Shown here piece by piece: positions 58,497 through 64,000 of a stretch of 64,000 nucleotides of DNA. The translations under genes were made by a program, and so were the position numbers. This DNA comes from Macrostomum lignano (Eukaryota). Positions within the stretch are counted from its first letter, which is position 1, and the number at the start of each line of letters is the position of its first letter. The notes below the pieces were generated by a model. The model saw only the letters and a program-made list of their open reading frames with translations, did not search any database and was not told the DNA's origin. The stretch lies in contig NIVC01001101.1 in NCBI GenBank assembly GCA_002269645.1, forward strand, positions 62,001 to 126,000. Direction: 5' to 3'.

Positions 58497-58854
58497 GGGG
58501 GCCGTAGCCCAGCGGTAGCGCAGCTGCTCTGGTGTGCCGCGACCCAGGCTCGATTCCAAGTGCAGCCACATTAATTTGGGGCTGGATTGGAATCTTGGCT
58601 TGGCTCGCTTGTGCAATTAACGGCCTTGAGAGCCAACCCCCCAAGGCGCAGTGAAGTGTACATGCCTAACAATTGATAAAAGTTAGGGCCGCTGTACACT
58701 CCTGTGTGAGTGTGTGCCTGCGTAACGTATCCGCGCGCTTGTATGCCTGCTCAGGGGAGTCGGCGGAATGGGCAGTAATGCCTCTCGCCGGTTGTGTGCC
58801 TATGACGCTTAAATTGCGCCAGGGTGCACACAACCCCCCTGCCTCTAAAAAAAA
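58497..58854 (+). mobile_element. tRNA-derived SINE, ~360 bp, with poly(A) and 12-bp TSD
   Basis: A box TAGCCCAGCGG, B box GGCTCGATTCC; TSD AACGGTAGCTTC at 58485-58496 and 58855-58866; empty paralogous site at ~30005-30020. Confidence 0.88.
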
Positions 58855-60021
58855 AACGGTAGCTTCAATACCCAACGGTACCTTTGATGACTACCTGATG
58901 GTACCTTCAATACCACCTTGAGCTAAGTGTACCACAGAGACCTGCAGAGAATGACACTAACTGACAGGTTGCCTTCTAGCAGGTGGCTGTTAAATCGTAA
59001 CTTACTGAATTTTTATGATAAAAAGACAATTGCTTGCATTTGTAAAACCAATTCCAGCGGTGCTGGTTGAAGGGCGCTCCGAGTCCCGACTGGCCCTCAG
59101 CAAAATAGACCTAGAAGAAAACAAGCAATATATGGAACACTCAGGCGATAACGTCGTATTTAGTTGCCAGGTGCGAACCGAGACGCGCCGAGGTGGGCAT
59201 ATAGTATTTAATCTGGTTTTGTTCCGTAATTAGTATAGATGGCTTAAAATTAATTATAAACCAGAGGACGCAGTTCCTAGCACTAAATTGGCAACTTGTC
59301 TCGCAATCTGAGCATCAGAAATTGCAAACGGAGAGGGAAGAGTTTGATTCGAGTTCATCAAGCTGAACTTTTAAGAACAAGATTATTGAAGAATGGCAAT
59401 GCTACATTCGGCTGCTTCTGTAACTGAGAAATCTGCAACCTGGGAAGATACTGAACGACTAAACAGATTTTTTGCCTTCCTAACGCATTTTTCGTCCTTT
59501 TACCTACGAGTACTTTAGCAAGGACTTTTCAAGTACGTAGAAGGACAGGCTACTACGTTTGTTAGAAAATACATTGCGGAGAATGAAGGTTTTCTTTGTT
59601 CAGAAAGCCACAAATTTCTAATTTTCTAAGAATTCTAATTTTCTTAACGAAAAACTCTATGAATATCAATAGAGCTATAACCAAGGCAAGTCATATCAAA
59701 AGTTTAACATTGGGTCAGCCTCCTATCAAAAGCAATAAAGAACTTTGTTTTGAAAAAAGACCTGCCTTCTACTAAAATTTTCAAAGAAACAGTTTCCCCA
59801 ACTTCTACTCGAGTAGTCCTTGGTGCTTTAGTTGTCCATGAGCAACACTTGAATAGGGCTGGTGCAAGCTGGGAGTTAAAAATATTCAACACGGACAGAC
59901 AGAAACTGACAAATTTTTAATAGCTCGTAGGTGCAGCATTCATCATAGAATTGATATAATAATGGTATTTATTTTTTCAAATATTCATTATTGTGTCACT
60001 TATAAATCTTCATTAAAATCG

Positions 60022-60459
60022 CTATAAAACGTGAAAACTACCTTGATCTTTATCGAGTGATAAAATTTTACCATGTTGCCTAACTCGTGCACTTTTCTGT
60101 TTGAATTTTATCTGCCGTTTTCGAAAAGCAGGCCTCTTCTGATTATAGGCGAACGTAAAACCTGCCAGCGGACACTGAGGCCAGACTGGCGGCCAGAAAT
60201 CCAGCAGATGGCAGAGGCCCAGCTCCTTCGAGTAGACCACAGCCTGGCAGGCGGATTGATCGCACAGTCCGGTGCACTGGATCAGGCTTCTGGCATTGGA
60301 GACCGTTTTGTAAGCTGGCGCCGCGGCTTTGTCCATGGCCGCGTAAGTTCGGTTGCCAGGGGAGAACTTGTGCGGCTCTGCGAGTGTGTTATGGAGGCCA
60401 TTGCGTGCCTTTCGTACAATTGCTGAGACTGTTGGGATTGACAACTCCCAAACTTTCAA
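60022..60459 (-). other. PAN/apple-domain coding segment (exon or remnant)
   Basis: SLIQCTGLCDQSACQAVVYSKELGLCHLL; no clear ATG or signal peptide. Confidence 0.45.
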
Positions 60460-60624
60460 TCATTCTGTGTGGCTACCTGGATAATTAATATGTGGCACCA
60501 TTGTATATTCAGCAGCGCCTAGAAGTTTCCATATGTTACTGTAACGTCCTCCAGAACTTTCCGTAAATAGTAATTAATTATTTATTTGTACCTCAAAATT
60601 GAATCTTCGCACTAAGAGACCATC

Positions 60625-60850
60625 TGAGGGGTTGTACCCTAGTAGTTGGAGCGTCTGACTCACTACTTTAAGGTCGTGGGTTCGATTCCCGATCAAAATG
60701 GAACAATTTGTGTCCTTGAGCAAGGGACATTTGACTCTGCATTTTTTCAGTTCACCGAACTGTAAAATGGGTGCCAGCATTAGCTGGGGGTAATTGAGGG
60801 TGTGTTTGGCGACCCCCAGTCATTTGACTGAACAGCCGTACGCAGCCTTC
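60625..60850 (+). mobile_element. tRNA-derived SINE with a CORE-like body
   Basis: GGTTCGATTCC B box; GTGTCCTTGAGCAAG..CTGTAAAATGGG; second copy inverted at 62130-62365. Confidence 0.7.
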
Positions 60851-61220
60851 CTTACGAAATATTTCTGCACATAAACGAAGTATTCTTCACAGTTCAACTA
60901 TTTGCTGCATTAATAATCATACTGTTCGTAATAGAATACCGTATTTTTGTTATAATCGTAGAAAATTTCAGACGCGGCGTAACACTCGTAAAAATAAATA
61001 TACACCAGGTACTCTGTCAGAATCAAGCTCTCTTCACGGACTAACCGAACAATAAAAAACTTTACGGATACCTCCGAAGCAAACCACCGCCATGCTATGT
61101 ATACTCCTAAGAGACATTTATTTCTTCATTCTCTACAGAGGCATTAATCGGTTCACTCCATTATTCCTGGGTACTACTAACCTTGCCAACTTTTTCTTAG
61201 CGATGGGTCTTCTATATGAG

Positions 61221-61703
61221 CTACTTGAAATCTACATAATAAAACCCAGTCCAGCTGAGCACATAGGTCTCACCCAGGTAGTCCAGCTTGAACACTGAGT
61301 TCAGGCCATGTGCGCCGCACTTCTGCGCCGCATTGCCGCCGCAGCTCTGGTGGCCGGACGGATCAGACAGCTGGCCCTGCGAGCCGTAGCTGTCACCGCA
61401 AAAGCACCACGAAACAGCCTGCAAACCGCAGTAGGGAGTCCCCAGCATGCTGCAGATGGCAATGCAGAGCTCGTGAGTCATCTGCATGTTCAATACAGCA
61501 AAGTCATAGCTGGTGACGCTGATCGAGTCGATCCTGGCTACATCGTACGCCTTCTTCATGGTCATGTCGCGGACTCCACCAACCGTGTCGCGGAAGCAGC
61601 CCAGATAGGTGTGCTTGACTCGCCTGCTGCCGAGCGACATCGATTCGGGCGTCAGGCAGAGCAGTACCGCCGCTAGAAGATTCACTTCGATGCTGCAATG
61701 CAT
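61221..61703 (-). CDS. Small secreted WSC-domain protein, 160 aa
   Basis: Hydrophobic N-terminus; YLGCFRD..MTHELCIAIC..YCGLQ..WCFCG..SCGG..KCG..NSVF matches the WSC pattern, with one Cys missing. Confidence 0.75.
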   Translation of the reverse strand: MHCSIEVNLLAAVLLCLTPESMSLGSRRVKHTYLGCFRDTVGGVRDMTMKKAYDVARIDSISVTSYDFAVLNMQMTHELCIAICSMLGTPYCGLQAVSWCFCGDSYGSQGQLSDPSGHQSCGGNAAQKCGAHGLNSVFKLDYLGETYVLSWTGFYYVDFK

Positions 61704-62129
61704 GACGAACGTGTTTCGTTTTTCTTCTATTTGAGACTGAGTCGCAACTGGAAAAAGGGCCAGCGCTTGGTTATAAAAGATAATTTTAAAGAACTGCAGT
61801 TGGTCCAATAAGCAGGGGTAGCAGAGTTTTACGAGAGGCGCTGGCTCAATTCTGTGAATTATTTAATAATCAATTAAAGAGTGTCGGTGCTGGCAGCAGG
61901 TGGGTGGCATGACAGGAATTTTCCAGGCGAGTGGGGAGGGTAAATTCAAAATGATTTTAATCCAGTGAGCAGGGCGGGCTATTACCTGATAGAGTGACAC
62001 TCCGGAAAAAAACTGTCCGAAATATGGCTTTCGATATAATAGTTATAACAATTGATTATACCTTCCCAATACGGCTAGATGTGCAACTGACAGCTCAGCC
62101 GCAGCTATTGCGCGGCGCACCTGACGGCT

Positions 62130-62365
62130 GCGTACGGCTGTTCAGTCCAAGGATCCAAGGACTGAGGGGGGGAGGGTTGCCGCACACTCAATTTCCCCAG
62201 CTAATGCTGGCATCCATTTTACAGCTGGGTGAACTGAAGCAATGCAGAGTTAAGTGTCTTGCTCAAGGATACAAATTGTTCCAGTGAGATCAGGAATCAA
62301 ACCCCCTACCTTCAAGTAGTGAGTCCGACGCTCCAGCCACTAACTAAGCTACAACCCCTACCCTA
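62130..62365 (-). mobile_element. Second copy of the CORE-like SINE (inverted)
   Basis: Reverse complement resembles 60625-60850. Confidence 0.7.
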
Positions 62366-62529
62366 TGATACAACATGGCTTCAGAGGATCAGCAATAAGA
62401 TGTTATAATTGCCGCATTATAATTGAACAAATAGCAATTATCCGTTTATTTGGCCAGCGATGACAATTTAAAGTCGCCACAGGGGATATGGCGGAATTCA
62501 TTCTGGTGTAGACAGGTGAGGACAGATCT

Positions 62530-62530
<1 letters not shown>

Positions 62531-62622
<92 letters not shown>
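62531..62622. repeat. (GA)n microsatellite
   Basis: Direct. Confidence 0.99.
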
Positions 62623-62627
<5 letters not shown>

Positions 62628-63869
62628 GCAGCTGCCCAGGCCTTAATGACTGGTCTTACCTACACGCTATGAGAAACTGGGGGGAGGCTTAGCTTTCTGC
62701 TTTTTTATAGCCCCAATGAAAGCAACTGCATGAAATTTCACAGAAGCTAGTATACGAAATACGTGTACAATAGTGAGAAGGGAATCAGAAATCGTCTAAC
62801 AAATAATAAAGTTGTTGGTGCTGTATTAACTCAAGTTACTAATGAAGTACAAAGTAAAGTAAAGTAAGTAAAAAGTAAAAAGTAAAAAGGTGCACAAAGT
62901 AAAAAGGTGCAAAATTAAAGTTACTTTTTAAAGACACTTGGGCAACGAACCCTGGTTCGATTCCCACCGTGAGGGGCCGCATTCATTTGGCGCTTGTGTG
63001 CACAAAATTTGGCCCAGTGAGTTTGCGATTCACAGACTGTAAAATTTTCTCTTCGCACTTCAATGAAATAGAGCTCATAGTTAAACAAAAAATTTTCCTG
63101 TTGACAAATCCTTTGTTTTCAACGTTTTAACTAATTATGAAGCAATAAATGGTTACAGTTAAATAAATAGAATTTTCCGTCCTCTAATGAAGACACCAAA
63201 AAACTGGCTTGAACTCATAAATTTTACTGACACTGTTAATCTTAGAGCAAAAACGGAAGCAGCTTACAAGCGCAACCTTGATGTCATTGTACATTATATT
63301 AATGACATCATGACGTCACCTAAAGATATGAAATATAGTTTTCCGTTTTTCACGTCAATAGACAAATACCACCAATACTCATGATGCTCCACCTTAGTGG
63401 TCGCAGCGTAAGGTCTATAATTAGGGTAGGGTCAGGCATTGGCTAATTGTAGCCGGGAGCTTTAGGTGCTCGTCGCAAAGAAACTATATTTTATTGGCTG
63501 AAATACGAGCATAGATATTTAAAGGCAAAAATAAGATAGAAAAATATTACTTTAACTACTGAATGAGTTACAACGTTTACCGCAAAACACTCAGCGCTAG
63601 TATATACGAGGAGTCAACTACTAGCACAAAAAGCTTACGTCAGTTTCGCTAATTTTTTTCTGGCAAGTCATCAAGTACAGAAACAGAAGTTAAGTTCTAC
63701 TTGATCAAAAAAGAGCCATTTTGACTTATCAATCTGACTGTCACTGCGAAATGAACGATGCATCCTATTCAGACCGCAAACACACATTACAGTGTACCAT
63801 CGCACCCATTGTTGAAAAGTATCCAGGAACACAATTACCCCCCAAAAGTTTTTATTCTTAGACAAAAAT

Positions 63870-64000
63870 TGCAGCCCTCCCGTGAGAAACTGCCGATAGC
63901 AGCATCACAGTGATGGAGCACACAGTGTGCAGCTTCTCACCGTCATCAACGAACAGCATGCGATCCCTGACAGAAATTCAAGGCCTGGCGCCCGCCTTGT
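63870..64000 (-). other. Diverged member of the B-box-like/propeller family cut by the window edge
   Basis: SVRDRMLFVDDGEKLHTVCSIT resembles SVRDQMLFLSDRWNVFTICIIT. Confidence 0.5.

Noticed and set aside
58497-58570. Possible tRNA gene (also B-box motifs at ~60685 and ~62953)
   Set aside because: No complete cloverleaf; followed by a SINE body, or fragmentary.

Overview
Eukaryotic (metazoan) genomic DNA. It is not prokaryotic: it has GT-AG introns, SINEs, LINEs and a WDR83 remnant. Gene style suggests a free-living flatworm such as Macrostomum, which is inference only. The window is a birth-and-death cluster built from a repeatedly duplicated cassette of three unrelated, apparently intronless families: (i) PAN/apple + C-type lectin genes (6 near-complete copies), (ii) PAN + ConA/LamG-like secreted-protein genes (3 copies), and (iii) B-box-like Zn motif + coiled-coil + predicted beta-propeller genes with acidic tails (5 copies plus a diverged piece at the right edge). 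3' fragments of WDR83 travel with the cassette. It is heavily invaded by transposons: two near-identical RTE-clade LINEs, two LOA-like RNase H LINE pieces, an Ngaro-type YR retrotransposon, a THAP/P element, Crypton, piggyBac, Tc1 and Gypsy remnants, hAT and mariner MITEs, and tRNA-derived SINEs. The best candidate for an undescribed system is the full-length 4.1-kb RTE (16821-20924, minus strand). It starts exactly at G1 of a complete HDV-like ribozyme fold, carries a 2A/StopGo-like motif (TVEKNPG/P) ahead of the endonuclease, has no in-frame AUG before the endonuclease, ends in four Zn fingers and a (GAA)5 tail, and both copies sit inside GAAGAY-rich coding minisatellites of paralogous host genes.
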